Shown here: one piece after another, positions 1-10,803 of the stretch
Numbering within the stretch: the stretch's first letter is position 1
How the letters are laid out: every line of letters begins with the position of its first letter
DNA from: a virus
Length of the DNA: 64,000 bases
Reading direction: 5' to 3' (one strand)
Virus record (IMG/VR): IMGVR_UViG_3300027734_000055
Span: 1 to 64,000 of that record
The notes under the pieces: model-generated
Seen by the model: the letters and a program-made list of their open reading frames with translations, nothing else
Told to the model about the DNA's origin: nothing
Databases searched by the model: none
Made by a program: the position numbers and the translations under genes

Positions 1-96
1 CCTGTAGGTGGATCAAGAGCAAACGATGCTGGATTAACGCCTAATGATCTAGTAGGAATAGGTAACGTAGGCACAGTAACAGTATCAACAACATAA
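1..96 (+). CDS. 3' end of Zn-ribbon protein (copy of 61037-61465), partial
   Basis: Frame 1 reads PVGGSRANDAGLTPNDLVGIGNVGTVTVSTT*, matching the C-terminus of 61037..61465. Confidence 0.85.
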   Translation, partial: PVGGSRANDAGLTPNDLVGIGNVGTVTVSTT

Positions 97-107
97 GGAG
101 AAGTAAC

Positions 108-296
108 ATGGCATTCAGAAAAGCAGCTGACGGAATTACTAAACAAGGTAAAACCAAAGGTAAAAATTTAGGTGATGACGGCGCTACAGTAGCTATTCAA
201 AACGGTCCAGCTAAAAACACTGTCGGTAAATTAAATACTGACATGAAAAAAATGGGTCGTGGCATGGCTAAAGTTGCAGCACAAAAAAGGGGATAA
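108..296 (+). CDS. Small basic virion-region protein
   Basis: AGGAG RBS, Lys/Gly-rich; homologue at 61476. Confidence 0.8.
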   Translation: MAFRKAADGITKQGKTKGKNLGDDGATVAIQNGPAKNTVGKLNTDMKKMGRGMAKVAAQKRG

Positions 297-300
297 TAAA

Positions 301-642
301 ATGGCTAAAAACGACTTTCCAAAACCAACACCAGCGGAATCTTATCCATTAGGTCACGCGACTGATAATAAAGACGCTAGTGATTTAACAGGATTTAAAT
401 ATCCATCAGGCGGCGGTAACGATATTGGTATTTATAAACAACCAATGCCTAACCCAAATAGTACAGACATTCATTTCAGTCAAGATCCTAATACATTAAG
501 ATCACAAGAAATTAGTAAGCGAACAGGCGTACAACGTGTAAGCGTAGGTGATCCTACTCGCCCTGCTAAGACTGAAGGTATTACTATGCGCGGTTATGGT
601 GCAGCTACTAAAGGCATTAAGTCTAGAGGCCCGATGGCGTAA
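301..642 (+). CDS. Hypothetical protein with basic C-terminal RGxGAATKG motif
   Basis: Start adjusted to MAKNDF at 301; homologue at 61675. Confidence 0.8.
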   Translation: MAKNDFPKPTPAESYPLGHATDNKDASDLTGFKYPSGGGNDIGIYKQPMPNPNSTDIHFSQDPNTLRSQEISKRTGVQRVSVGDPTRPAKTEGITMRGYGAATKGIKSRGPMA

Positions 643-645
643 TAA

Positions 646-1290
646 ATGAATTACACCCAGTTAGTTAATGAAATACAAAGTTATACTGAGAATACGTTTC
701 AAACCGTAGATATAGATACATTTATAACTCAAGCTGAACAACGTATATACAACTCAGTACATCTTCCTGCGCTTCGTAAAAATGTAACAGGAACATTAAC
801 TGCGGGTAATAAATATTTAGCAATACCAAGTAATTGGTTAGCTACGTTTAGTTTGGCGGTTATTAATGCAGACAATGAATATTTATATTTATTAAATAAA
901 GACGTGAATTTTATTAGGCAATCGTTTCCAGACACGGATTCAGATTTTTACGGGGAGCCTGAATACTATGCGGTATTTGATAATTCAGCGTTTATAGTAG
1001 GCCCTACACCTGATGCGTCATACGATGTTGAACTACATTATTTTTATTATCCAGAGTCTATTACTACAGTAGTAGGCGGCCAAACTTGGTTAGGTGATAA
1101 CTTTAGTTCCGTTCTTTTATATGGTTCTTTATTAGAAGCTTACACTTACATGAAGGGTGAAGCAGATGTTATGGCTGAATACCAAAAACGCTACGACGAT
1201 GCTATGCAATTACTTATTCAACTTGGTGATGGTAAGAATAGACAAGATGCTTATCGTTCTGGACAAGTTAGGGTTCCGGTTAGAACATGA
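646..1290 (+). CDS. Putative head-tail adaptor / tail tubular protein
   Basis: MNYTQL...FITQAEQRI...GPTPD...LLYGSLLEAYTYMK pattern typical of podovirus adaptor proteins; position before fibres. Confidence 0.6.
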   Translation: MNYTQLVNEIQSYTENTFQTVDIDTFITQAEQRIYNSVHLPALRKNVTGTLTAGNKYLAIPSNWLATFSLAVINADNEYLYLLNKDVNFIRQSFPDTDSDFYGEPEYYAVFDNSAFIVGPTPDASYDVELHYFYYPESITTVVGGQTWLGDNFSSVLLYGSLLEAYTYMKGEADVMAEYQKRYDDAMQLLIQLGDGKNRQDAYRSGQVRVPVRT

Positions 1291-1712
1291 TTTTAGGACA
1301 AGCACAGACCACTACGTTTAAACTAAACTTATTACAAGGTTTAGTTAATTTTGATGCGGGGTCACCATATACATATAAAATAGCTTTGTATAACGCGGTA
1401 TCTACTTTAAACAGTGAAACAACTGAGTATACAACGCAAGACGAAATTACAGGTACAGGCTATACAGCTGGGGGAAAAACATTATCTCCTACAATAGGTA
1501 GTGATCCCAGTAATAACACGGCTTATGTTACGTTTGCTAATGTGACTTGGAGCCCTGCAAACTTTACCGCAGCTGGCGCTTTGATATATAATAGCACTAC
1601 AAATGCATCAGTCGCAGTACTAAATTTCGGTGGGGAAAAAACAGCCACTACAACATTTACAATAGAGTTTCCCGCAGCAACTTCGACCACTGCTGTATTA
1701 AGAATTAACTAA
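1287..1712 (+). CDS. Putative tail structural protein
   Basis: KIALY...EITGTGYTAGGKTL...GALIYN motif; Thr-rich beta protein in tail cluster. Confidence 0.6.
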   Translation: MILGQAQTTTFKLNLLQGLVNFDAGSPYTYKIALYNAVSTLNSETTEYTTQDEITGTGYTAGGKTLSPTIGSDPSNNTAYVTFANVTWSPANFTAAGALIYNSTTNASVAVLNFGGEKTATTTFTIEFPAATSTTAVLRIN

Positions 1713-1722
1713 AGGAGTTATT

Positions 1723-2343
1723 ATGAATCAAAAAGAATCAGGCGGATTTGGCGATCAAGCTACTATCAGTTTAAATGCTGGAGCAGCTGCTAATGAAACA
1801 GTAGGCATTGAAGGTTTTTACCGCGTTGAATGTCGAGACGCAGAGGGCAGTTTAAAATGGGAAGAATCGTTTCCTAATTTAGTCAATGCAGTAGGTAAAG
1901 AGTTAATGTTCAATACATTACTTCGTACTACATCTCCATCAACATACACAACTGTTGGACCATTTCTAGGTTTAATTGGTGGCGCTACACCAACATTTGG
2001 TACAGGTTCTGATACCATGACATCACATGCTGGTTGGACAGAATTTACTAACTATACAGTAGGTGCATCAGCAGTACGCGGAACAGCTACATTTAGTGCC
2101 GCAACATCAGCAGGATCAACTCCAACTAATGTAACAACATGTGCAGCTTCTGCAATCACTTACACTATTACAGGTGCAGGTGGTATAGTAAGTGGATGTT
2201 TCTTAGTTACAGGTTCTGGAGCAGTAAATACACAAAGTAATACTGGCGGTGTTTTATATTCTGCAGGCGCATTTGCAGTAGCTAAAACTACAACAGCTGG
2301 CGATACAGTAAGCGTTACATACTCAACAACTGCGACAAGCTAA
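1723..2343 (+). CDS. Putative tail structural protein
   Basis: Thr/Ala/Gly-rich; W.E.F.NL..N.G and GDT.SVTY motifs; AGGAG RBS; diverged homologue at 63087. Confidence 0.6.
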   Translation: MNQKESGGFGDQATISLNAGAAANETVGIEGFYRVECRDAEGSLKWEESFPNLVNAVGKELMFNTLLRTTSPSTYTTVGPFLGLIGGATPTFGTGSDTMTSHAGWTEFTNYTVGASAVRGTATFSAATSAGSTPTNVTTCAASAITYTITGAGGIVSGCFLVTGSGAVNTQSNTGGVLYSAGAFAVAKTTTAGDTVSVTYSTTATS

Positions 2344-2353
2344 GGAGTCTTAA

Positions 2354-5287
2354 ATGGCTCTTGTAGTCAAGGATCGGGTACAGGAAACTTCCACGACTAG
2401 TGGTACCGGCACACTCACGCTTTCTGGTGCAGTACCAGGGTTCCAAGACTTTTCTACTGCTATTGGTAACGGTAATACTACTTTTTATACCATATATGAC
2501 GGTACAGATTTTACTTGGGAAGTGGGTATTGGTACGGTTGGAGCAGGCACACTAGCTCGTACTACAGTTTTATCAAACTCTTCTGGTACTACATCTCCTA
2601 TTACTTTAGTCGGTAATACTTCTTCTGTATTTTGTACTTACCCCGCTGAAAAATCTATTAATTATGATGCTGATGGCGTCGCAACTATTGGTGAAGTACT
2701 TGGGTATTCTGATACAGGCATTATTGGTTCTTTTGCGTCTACTGTTGCAGGTTATAACCAAGTTGTTGTTCAAAATAAAAGTACTGCTACAAACGCATCC
2801 ACTAACTTCAATGTATCTAATGACGCCGGTACTTCAGGGTCTAATTATGCAGAACTAGGTATTAACTCTTCTACCTTTGTTGGTACAGGCTCATTTAATA
2901 TTGCAGGGGCATCTTACGTAGCATCCGCTTCTACTGATTTAACACTTGGTACATATGGTGCTTACAGCATTCACTTTGTAACTAATAGCAATACAACTGA
3001 TGCAATGACTATCTATAATAATGGTGGTGTTTCATTAGGCACGTTTGGAAATCCGGGTATCAAGAATATAGCAGCTAGTAAATTTGTGCCTGGTTATACA
3101 GCGGTTACCTCAGCAGCTGGTACTACAGTTTTAACAGCAGATTCTAATTATTACCAAAATCTAGTTGGGTCTACAACACAAACATTTAAATTGCCCGACG
3201 CCACAACCTTATTAGTTGGCACTACATTTATTTTTGATAATAATTCCTCAGGGGCTTTAACTGTTGTTGATAATGCATCAGGACCTATTGAGACAATACC
3301 TGGTGGTGCTGCAAGTTTTGTATATCTATATAATAATAGCACCGTTGCAGGTAGTTGGAACACGCACTCGTTTCTTCCAGCATCATACGACTTTAATCTT
3401 ACAACAGCTAATTTTGGTAATGCAGCAATTACTAATGCGGTTTGGAATGGTACTACAATAGCTACAGGTTATGGCGGTACTGGACTTACTACTTTTGCTG
3501 CAGCTAACAACGCTATTTATTCTACATCAAGTTCAGCTTTAGCAGCGGGCACATTACCTATTCAAGCTGGTGGTACAGCAGCTACTACATTCACAGCTAA
3601 TGGTGTTTTATATGGTAACGGTACATCTGCATTAGGTGCGACAGCAGCAGGTACTACAGGACAAGTTTTAATAGGTAATACAGGCGCAGCTCCATCATGG
3701 GGAACAATATCAAGTTCTTTAGTTAGTTCATTTAGTGCGGGTTCTACAGGCTTAACTCCAAATAGTGCAACTACGGGGGCTATTACTTTAGCAGGTACAT
3801 TAGGCACAGGTTATGGTGGTACTAATTTAACAAGCTTTACATCAGGCGGTGCTTTATACGCAACATCAACAAGTGCTTTAACTACAGGCACATTACCAGC
3901 AACTTCAGGTGGTACAGGACTATCTGCTTATACAACAGGCGATATTATTTACGCCTCAGCTACAAACACTTTAAATAAATTAGCAGATGTAGCAACAGGT
4001 AATGCTTTAATTTCAGGCGGTGTTACTACAGCACCGTCATGGGGTAAGATTGGTTTAACTACGCATGTATCTGGCACACTACCTACAGCTAATGGTGGTA
4101 CAAATTTAACAAGTTTTACATCAGGTGGCGCGTTATACGCGACATCAACAAGTGCTTTAACTACAGGTACATTACCAGCGGCTTCAGGCGGTACAAGCTT
4201 CAGTACTTATACAACTGGTGATATTATTTATGCCTCAGCTACGAACACATTAAGTAAATTGGGTGTAGGTAGTAACGGCCAAATACTTACGTTGGCTTCA
4301 GGCGTTCCTTCATGGGCAGCGAGTACAGCAGCAACAACAAGAACTACATCAACTTTTACAGCAACTGCTGGGCAAACAACATTCACAGTATCTTATACAG
4401 TTGGCTATATTGATGTATTTAGAAACGGCTCAAAACTTGCTGTTACAGATTACACAGCTACAAACGGAACATCTATTGTCCTTAATACAGGCGCCAATGT
4501 TGGGGATACTGTTGAAACAGTTGCGTATAGCGCATTGAGTTTAGGCACAGGGGTCACTTCATTTAGTACGGGTACAACAGGACTTACTCCAACTTCAGGA
4601 TCAGGAGCTATTACATTAGGTGGAACTTTAGCTGTAGCTAATGGTGGTACTGGTGTTACAACATCAACAGGCACAGGGAATGTTGTTCTTTCTACATCTC
4701 CTACTTTAGTAACTCCAATTTTAGGCACACCTACATCAGGAACTTTAACTAATTGTACAGGCCTTTCATTAACATCAGGCGTAACAGGCACACTTCCAGT
4801 TGCTAATGGCGGTACAGGCATTACAAGTTTAGGCACAGGTGTTGCAACCTTTTTAGGAACTCCATCTAGTTCTAATTTAGCTAGTGCTGTTACTGACGAA
4901 ACAGGTAGTGGTTCATTAGTGTTTGGAACATCACCTACACTTAATAACCCTACACTTACAAACTATACTGAAAGTGTAGTATCTATTGGAACAGTAACAA
5001 CATCTAATACATTATCACTAACAAATGGTACAGTTCAAACAGCAACACTAACAGCCTCGACTGCGTGTACATTTACTATGCCAACAGCTACTGCTGGTAA
5101 ATCATTTATATTACTATTAAAACAAGCTGCTGCAACAGGTAACGGTACAGCAACATTTACTTCTGTTAAATGGAATTCTGGTGGAGCACCAACGATTACA
5201 GCAACTGCCGGTAAAATGGATATATTATCTTTTGTATCAGATGGTACAAATTGGTATGGTTCATACACTCAAGGTTATACCCCATAA
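2354..5287 (+). CDS. Long tail fibre protein
   Basis: 977 aa Thr/Gly/Ser-rich; N-terminal DRVQETSTTSGTG anchor; repeated GTLPxxxGGT fibre motifs. Confidence 0.85.
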   Translation: MALVVKDRVQETSTTSGTGTLTLSGAVPGFQDFSTAIGNGNTTFYTIYDGTDFTWEVGIGTVGAGTLARTTVLSNSSGTTSPITLVGNTSSVFCTYPAEKSINYDADGVATIGEVLGYSDTGIIGSFASTVAGYNQVVVQNKSTATNASTNFNVSNDAGTSGSNYAELGINSSTFVGTGSFNIAGASYVASASTDLTLGTYGAYSIHFVTNSNTTDAMTIYNNGGVSLGTFGNPGIKNIAASKFVPGYTAVTSAAGTTVLTADSNYYQNLVGSTTQTFKLPDATTLLVGTTFIFDNNSSGALTVVDNASGPIETIPGGAASFVYLYNNSTVAGSWNTHSFLPASYDFNLTTANFGNAAITNAVWNGTTIATGYGGTGLTTFAAANNAIYSTSSSALAAGTLPIQAGGTAATTFTANGVLYGNGTSALGATAAGTTGQVLIGNTGAAPSWGTISSSLVSSFSAGSTGLTPNSATTGAITLAGTLGTGYGGTNLTSFTSGGALYATSTSALTTGTLPATSGGTGLSAYTTGDIIYASATNTLNKLADVATGNALISGGVTTAPSWGKIGLTTHVSGTLPTANGGTNLTSFTSGGALYATSTSALTTGTLPAASGGTSFSTYTTGDIIYASATNTLSKLGVGSNGQILTLASGVPSWAASTAATTRTTSTFTATAGQTTFTVSYTVGYIDVFRNGSKLAVTDYTATNGTSIVLNTGANVGDTVETVAYSALSLGTGVTSFSTGTTGLTPTSGSGAITLGGTLAVANGGTGVTTSTGTGNVVLSTSPTLVTPILGTPTSGTLTNCTGLSLTSGVTGTLPVANGGTGITSLGTGVATFLGTPSSSNLASAVTDETGSGSLVFGTSPTLNNPTLTNYTESVVSIGTVTTSNTLSLTNGTVQTATLTASTACTFTMPTATAGKSFILLLKQAAATGNGTATFTSVKWNSGGAPTITATAGKMDILSFVSDGTNWYGSYTQGYTP
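3815..4262 (+). repeat. Internal duplication in tail fibre (two ~56-aa copies, 279 bp apart)
   Basis: GGTNLTSFTSGGALYATSTSALTTGTLPA...YTTGDIIYASATNTL occurs at ~3815 and ~4094. Confidence 0.9.
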
Positions 5288-6147
5288 TGTTTGCAGCAAG
5301 AAACTTTTTCTTTACTGGAAGTATTCCTAAAGTTAGCGCTGTAGAATATCTTGTTGTTGCTGGTGGTGGAGGAGGTGCTATATTTTCAGGTGGTGGCGGT
5401 GCTGGAGGTTATTTAACAGCAACAGGATATGCAGTTACTCCAGGATCACCAATTACAGTTACAGTAGGTGGTGGCGGAACTGGTGGAACAGGTGCTGTAG
5501 ATAGCACAGCCACTTGGGGCGGCACAGGTAATAATTCTGTATTTGGTTCAATAACTGCTTTAGGCGGTGGTGGCGGAGCAAGCCGACAATCAGGTGCATC
5601 TGGATTAGCTGGAAATCCCGGGGGTTCAGGCGGTGGCGCTTCTCCTGCGGATACTGCTTCAAAAACAGGTGGTGCTGGCACTGCTGGACAAGGGAATAAA
5701 GGTGGTGACCAAGTTAGCATAGGCTGGGGTGGTGGCGGCGGGGGTGGTGCAAGTGCCGTAGGTGCAAATGGATCAGGAAATACTGGTGGTAACGGAGGAG
5801 CGGGTACTGCATCTTCAATTACAGGGTCATCAGTTACTTATGCTGGTGGTGGAGGCGCAAGTTCTTATGCTGGCAATACTTTTGGATTAGGTGGCGCTGG
5901 TGGCGGAGGAAACGGAACAAGTACTGATAATGCTGCAGGTGGACAAGGTACAACAAATACAGGCGGTGGCGGTGGCGGTGGAGGATATTCTACAGGTGCT
6001 GGCGGTGCTGGAGGATCTGGTATAGTAGTCATCAGATATGCAAATAGTTATTCTGATGCAGCATCTACTACAGGTTCACCTACATTTACTAATACAGGCG
6101 GATATAAAATTTATACATTTACAGGATCAGGAAGTATTACTTTTTAA
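5287..6147 (+). CDS. Glycine-rich fibre/adhesin protein
   Basis: Start adjusted to ATG 5287 overlapping upstream TAA; VEYLVVAGGGGG...GGSGIVVIRY glycine-rich domain. Confidence 0.8.
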   Translation: MFAARNFFFTGSIPKVSAVEYLVVAGGGGGAIFSGGGGAGGYLTATGYAVTPGSPITVTVGGGGTGGTGAVDSTATWGGTGNNSVFGSITALGGGGGASRQSGASGLAGNPGGSGGGASPADTASKTGGAGTAGQGNKGGDQVSIGWGGGGGGGASAVGANGSGNTGGNGGAGTASSITGSSVTYAGGGGASSYAGNTFGLGGAGGGGNGTSTDNAAGGQGTTNTGGGGGGGGYSTGAGGAGGSGIVVIRYANSYSDAASTTGSPTFTNTGGYKIYTFTGSGSITF

Positions 6148-6149
6148 TT

Positions 6150-6527
6150 ATGGCTCACTTCGCACAATTAGATAATAACAATATAGTGATACAAGTAATT
6201 GTTGTTAATAACAATGAATTACTAAATCAAGACGGTGATGAAATAGAACAAAAAGGTATAGACTTTTGTGAGTCTTTATTTGGACAAGATACAAAATGGA
6301 TACAAACATCATATAATGCTAATTTTAGAAAAAATTATGCTTGTGTTGGTGGAACTTACAGTAAAGAACTGGATGCATTTATTGCACCAAAACCATATAA
6401 TTCATGGATATTAAATGAAACAACTTATGTATGGGAAGCACCAATTTCTAAACCAGACCAAGATAAATTTTATGTGTGGAATGAATTAACAATAAGCTGG
6501 GAAGAATTTAACGGGGAACTAAAATGA
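6150..6527 (+). CDS. Fibre-associated protein (possible assembly chaperone)
   Basis: MAHFAQLD...WIQTSYN...FRKNYA...FIAPKPY.SW motif commonly following Gly-rich fibre genes. Confidence 0.6.
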   Translation: MAHFAQLDNNNIVIQVIVVNNNELLNQDGDEIEQKGIDFCESLFGQDTKWIQTSYNANFRKNYACVGGTYSKELDAFIAPKPYNSWILNETTYVWEAPISKPDQDKFYVWNELTISWEEFNGELK

Positions 6528-7429
6528 CGAATGCGGTAAACTTAGCAGCTTTTGCAACTAACACAGGATTATCTTTGCCTACATGGACAACGGCGGGAAG
6601 GCCTGCGTCTCCTATTAATGGTCAGGCTGGGTTTAATACTACTTTAAATTCAATAGAAGCTTATTCTACCTCAACTTCTTCATGGATTAGCACTTTATAT
6701 CCTGGTGCTGGTATTGCAAATTCAACAGGTTCTGCTTGGGGCACATCATATACAACTACGGGTTCTGGTACTGTAGTAGCCTTAGCTACATCTCCAGCGT
6801 TAACAACTCCAACTGTTACAACATCTATTGATGGCGGGGCTACATTCGGCGCATTTGCGAGCTCTACTGCATTAACTATTGGTTCTACAGCTACAGGTTT
6901 ATCTTCAACTACTAATATAAATACTGCCGTAACAACAACCGGTACTAAAGCAATTAATATCGGTACGGGCGGTACTACGGGATCAGTTACAACAATTAAT
7001 ATAGGATCTTCTGTTACTGGATCTACAATTGTACGTGGATCATTCTCAGTAGGTTCTGTAACTGCGAATACAACAGATGGCGCAATTTGGGCTTCTAATA
7101 ATATTACAGCTTTTGCAGCATCAGATATTAAGTTTAAAGAAAATGTTAGAGATATTCCTGATGCATTACAAAAAGTTGAACTGATTGGTGGTAAATTATT
7201 TGATTGGTCTGCTGAATATATAGAGTCAATGGGTGGTGAACATGATTACTTCTTGCGTAAATCAGATGCTGGTGTTATTGCACAAGATGTAGAAAAAGCT
7301 ATGCCAGAATTAGTTAGAACTCGTGATGATGGGTCTTTAGCTGTAGATTATCCAAAATTAGTAGCGCTAGCTTTTGCAGCTATAAAAGAATTAAAAGCGG
7401 AAGTAGAAGAGTTAAAGAAGGGTAAATAG
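6524..7429 (+). CDS. Tail fibre/spike with C-terminal intramolecular chaperone (peptidase S74) domain
   Basis: SDIKFKENVRDI...GVIAQDVE..MPELV...VDY.KL....AIKELK coiled end. Confidence 0.85.
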   Translation: MTNAVNLAAFATNTGLSLPTWTTAGRPASPINGQAGFNTTLNSIEAYSTSTSSWISTLYPGAGIANSTGSAWGTSYTTTGSGTVVALATSPALTTPTVTTSIDGGATFGAFASSTALTIGSTATGLSSTTNINTAVTTTGTKAINIGTGGTTGSVTTINIGSSVTGSTIVRGSFSVGSVTANTTDGAIWASNNITAFAASDIKFKENVRDIPDALQKVELIGGKLFDWSAEYIESMGGEHDYFLRKSDAGVIAQDVEKAMPELVRTRDDGSLAVDYPKLVALAFAAIKELKAEVEELKKGK

Positions 7430-7431
7430 CT

Positions 7432-8466
7432 ATGACAATGAACGCGTCAGGCCCAATTAGTTTGGGTGGAGCTACAACAGGACAGTCTATTAACCTTGAA
7501 GTAGGGCAATCAGCTACGGCAACCGTAAGTTTAAATGATGCTAACGTAAGACTTTTAGCAGGTGTTCCAAGCGGTACTATTATTATGCCTACAAATTTTT
7601 ATGGTACGTCTTATAGAATTTCGCTTTCTGTTACTTTAGCTTCTAATACAGCTAATTACTCATTAAATTTATCTACAATATCTAATTATAGATCAGGTGC
7701 TTCAGATATTACTATTACCGTAAATAGTGGTGTGTATATATATTCAACAACTACCGCTGGCTACGGTATGAATCTGACAGGTGGAACTACAGGTGACTCC
7801 CTTACTATAGTTAACAATGGATTTATTCTTGGCCAAGGTGGTCAAGGTGCTAGTTATCCTGCTGCAACAGGAGTAGGTAACGTTGGTGGACCCGCACTTA
7901 ATTTACCTATATCTGCTACAATTAATAATACTAATGCTGCAGCTTATATAGCTGGCGGTGGCGGTGGCGGTGGCGCTTGGAGACAAACTACTACAGTTAA
8001 CGGCGGTGGCGGTGGCGGTGCTGGTGGTGGTCAAGGTGGTTCTGGTACTGCATCTACTGGAGGCGCTGGTGGCGGCATTGGTGCTTCTGGAAGCGTTGGC
8101 GGTGCAGGAACTGGCGGCGTGCCAGGTAGCGGTGCTGGTGGTGGCGGAGGTAGAATCTTACCGGGTGTAGGTGGTTCCGGTGGTACATCTACGACCGTAC
8201 TTGCTCCTGGACAAGGTGGTGGAGCTGGTGGCGGTGGCGAAGGTGGTGGTGGTAATAGAGGTGGTGCTGGAGGATCAGGTTCTGCTGCTGGTGGTGGCCC
8301 TAGTGCTGGCATATATTCATCTGGTGGCGGTGGTGGTTGGGGCGCTACTGGTGGAGCTTCTGGACAAGCTGCGGGTGGTGCTGGTGGTAAAGCAGTTAAT
8401 CTGAACGGTAATACAGTTACTTGGACATCTGGAGACACTACAAGAGTTTATGGTACAGTATCTTAA
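7432..8466 (+). CDS. Glycine-rich adhesin-like protein
   Basis: Poly-Gly runs, NNGFILGQGG motif; follows S74 fibre; paralogue of 10803..11720. Confidence 0.75.
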   Translation: MTMNASGPISLGGATTGQSINLEVGQSATATVSLNDANVRLLAGVPSGTIIMPTNFYGTSYRISLSVTLASNTANYSLNLSTISNYRSGASDITITVNSGVYIYSTTTAGYGMNLTGGTTGDSLTIVNNGFILGQGGQGASYPAATGVGNVGGPALNLPISATINNTNAAAYIAGGGGGGGAWRQTTTVNGGGGGGAGGGQGGSGTASTGGAGGGIGASGSVGGAGTGGVPGSGAGGGGGRILPGVGGSGGTSTTVLAPGQGGGAGGGGEGGGGNRGGAGGSGSAAGGGPSAGIYSSGGGGGWGATGGASGQAAGGAGGKAVNLNGNTVTWTSGDTTRVYGTVS

Positions 8467-8488
8467 TTAACAAATAGGAAATATAATC

Positions 8489-8797
8489 ATGGAAGAAAAA
8501 TACGCAGTGCTCGATCCCTCATTAGGGACATATAAAACAGATTTAACAATCGAAGAAGCTAGACAAGCATTTGAAAGTGCTATAAAAAATATGTTTAATA
8601 GTCAACCTTTTACGGTTAATAAATGTATTACGAATGAAAATGGTGATGTAACTTGGTCAAAAATTAATTTATTTGATGTTAATATTAATGTAGAAGTTTC
8701 TGCAAATCCTACTTTAGTTCCAGTAATAGAGCCAGTAGTAGAACCTATTGTTGAACCTATTGTTGAACCAGCCGTAGAACCTACAGCAGAAGGATAA
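8489..8797 (+). CDS. Hypothetical protein with acidic (PxVE)n tail
   Basis: ORF with AGGA RBS; C-terminal EPVVEPIVEPIVEPAVEP repeat. Confidence 0.7.
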   Translation: MEEKYAVLDPSLGTYKTDLTIEEARQAFESAIKNMFNSQPFTVNKCITNENGDVTWSKINLFDVNINVEVSANPTLVPVIEPVVEPIVEPIVEPAVEPTAEG

Positions 8798-8809
8798 TAG
8801 GGACAATTA

Positions 8810-9727
8810 ATGTTTGGTAATTCTGCGTTTGCTCAAGTACCTTTTGCTTCTTTACCGTCTACAGGCGGAGCAGCGTTTTTTGCGGATGTAACTGAAAATA
8901 TTAATTTAGCCGATGCAAATACTCAGGTATGGAGTTTTACACAAAGTATTACTGAAAATGTGTTGATGGGTGATTTAAGTTCATTTGGCGGTATTTTTAT
9001 TCAGACCATTAATGAGCTTATAGGGGTAGATGACACAAACACTCAAGCATTTGATTTCTTACAAGACATTACAGAAGACCAAACGTTAGATAACGCACAA
9101 GAAATAACAGCAGGATTTGCACAAAGTGTTACTGAGAATATAGAAGTTAATGAAGACCTTGTAACATATTTTGCAGCTTTAGATTCTATTACAGAAAACG
9201 CAGATTTAAATGATGTAAGAACTATAAGTGCTCAGTTTGATACAAGTAGAACTGAAAATGTAAATTTAAATGATACACCAAGTATTACAGCGCAGTTTGC
9301 AGTGTCTAGAACTGAAAATATAGATGTAGCAGATCTAAATAGTATTACAGCTCAATTTGTGGTTAATAAGGCTGAGGCAGTAACAATAGCTGATGCAGCG
9401 ACAGCAACTAATATATTTACATTTACGATTTCTGAACCTATTACATCAGTTATTTCAAATCAATCTATATCAGCTCAGTTTGTAGTAGTAGATGTAGAAA
9501 ATGTAAACATGAATGATTTGTCTACCCAACAATCTAATTACTTACAAAGTATTACTGAGGCAATCACTTTACTAGATGTATTATGTTATAACGGTTGGTT
9601 TAGAATTGATGATAGTCAGTTTGCTGGATGGACTGCAATAACAACTCCTAGTGGCGTATGGGTAGATATAAACAATGCTCAAACACCTGGTTGGGACACA
9701 ATTGATACATCACAGCCTTGTAGTTAA
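8810..9727 (+). CDS. Repetitive virion structural protein
   Basis: ~19-aa repeats TENxxLxDxxxITAQF; MFGxxAFAQVPFA N-terminus; Trp-rich C-terminus. Confidence 0.65.
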   Translation: MFGNSAFAQVPFASLPSTGGAAFFADVTENINLADANTQVWSFTQSITENVLMGDLSSFGGIFIQTINELIGVDDTNTQAFDFLQDITEDQTLDNAQEITAGFAQSVTENIEVNEDLVTYFAALDSITENADLNDVRTISAQFDTSRTENVNLNDTPSITAQFAVSRTENIDVADLNSITAQFVVNKAEAVTIADAATATNIFTFTISEPITSVISNQSISAQFVVVDVENVNMNDLSTQQSNYLQSITEAITLLDVLCYNGWFRIDDSQFAGWTAITTPSGVWVDINNAQTPGWDTIDTSQPCS

Positions 9728-9762
9728 GGTATAATACGAATAACTAAAATAAAGGATTTATT

Positions 9763-10803
9763 ATGGCAAGCACCTATTCACCACTTAAAATAGAACTTAT
9801 TGGTACAGGCGACCAGTCGGGTACCTGGGGTACTACTACAAATACTAATTTAGGTACGGCGATTGAAGAAGCAATCACAGGTACAGCTGATGTTTCTTTC
9901 TCAAGTGCTGACGTTACTTTAACCTTTACTAATACTAATACTTCTCAAACGGCTCGTAACTTACGTTTAAATTTAATAGGTACTGTATCAGCTGTTCAAA
10001 ACTTAATTGTCCCAGCGATTGAAAAGCAATACATTGTTAATAACACTTTAGCTTATAATATTACAGTTAAGAACTCAACCGGTACCGGTGTAGCTGTGCC
10101 TGCTGGTAAATCGATGATTGTATTTAATACAGGGTCAAACGTAGTAGATGTTATTACAGCTTTAGGTGCGGGTACAGTACTTCCAGTAGTAAACGGCGGT
10201 ACAGGTGTTACAACATCAACAGGTACAGGTAATACTGTTCTTTCAACATCACCTACTTTAGTCACACCTATTTTAGGAACTCCGCAATCAGGTACACTTA
10301 CAAGTTGTACAGGTCTTCCACTAACAACAGGCGTAACAGGAACTCTTCCAGTAGCCAACGGTGGTACAGGCGTTACTTCTTCAACAGGAACAGGCAGTAC
10401 AGTTTTATCAGCATCTCCTACATTTACAGGAACTTTAAGTGCAGCAACAATAAGTGCTTCAGGGTCAATATCAGATTCTAAAGGTGATGTTAGATCAGCG
10501 CCTATTCAGTCAAAAACATCTGCATATGTACTAACTTCTACTGATGCTGGACAAACAATATCTATCACTACTGGCGGGGTAACAGTTAATGCATCAATAT
10601 TTAGTGCGGGGGATTTAGTTTCTATATTTAATAACTCAGGCTCATCACAAACAATTACACAAGGTACTAGTGTTACATTAAGACTCGGCGGCACAGCTGC
10701 AACAGGAAATAGGACATTAGCTCAATATGGTGTAGCTACTTTATTATGTATTGTAGGAGGCGCAACTCCAACTTTTGTTTGTTCAGGTGCAGGACTAACA
10801 TAA
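9763..10803 (+). CDS. Tail fibre / collar protein
   Basis: MASTYS.LKIELIGTGDQSGTWG.TTN N-terminus; shares a ~60-aa segment with the 2354 fibre. Confidence 0.75.
   Translation: MASTYSPLKIELIGTGDQSGTWGTTTNTNLGTAIEEAITGTADVSFSSADVTLTFTNTNTSQTARNLRLNLIGTVSAVQNLIVPAIEKQYIVNNTLAYNITVKNSTGTGVAVPAGKSMIVFNTGSNVVDVITALGAGTVLPVVNGGTGVTTSTGTGNTVLSTSPTLVTPILGTPQSGTLTSCTGLPLTTGVTGTLPVANGGTGVTSSTGTGSTVLSASPTFTGTLSAATISASGSISDSKGDVRSAPIQSKTSAYVLTSTDAGQTISITTGGVTVNASIFSAGDLVSIFNNSGSSQTITQGTSVTLRLGGTAATGNRTLAQYGVATLLCIVGGATPTFVCSGAGLT

Larger units (their letters stand above)
1..2660 (+). repeat. Diverged copy A of terminal duplicated segment
   Basis: Same gene series as 61370-64000; the 141-aa proteins at 1287 and 62651 differ at 17 positions by manual comparison. 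Confidence 0.95.
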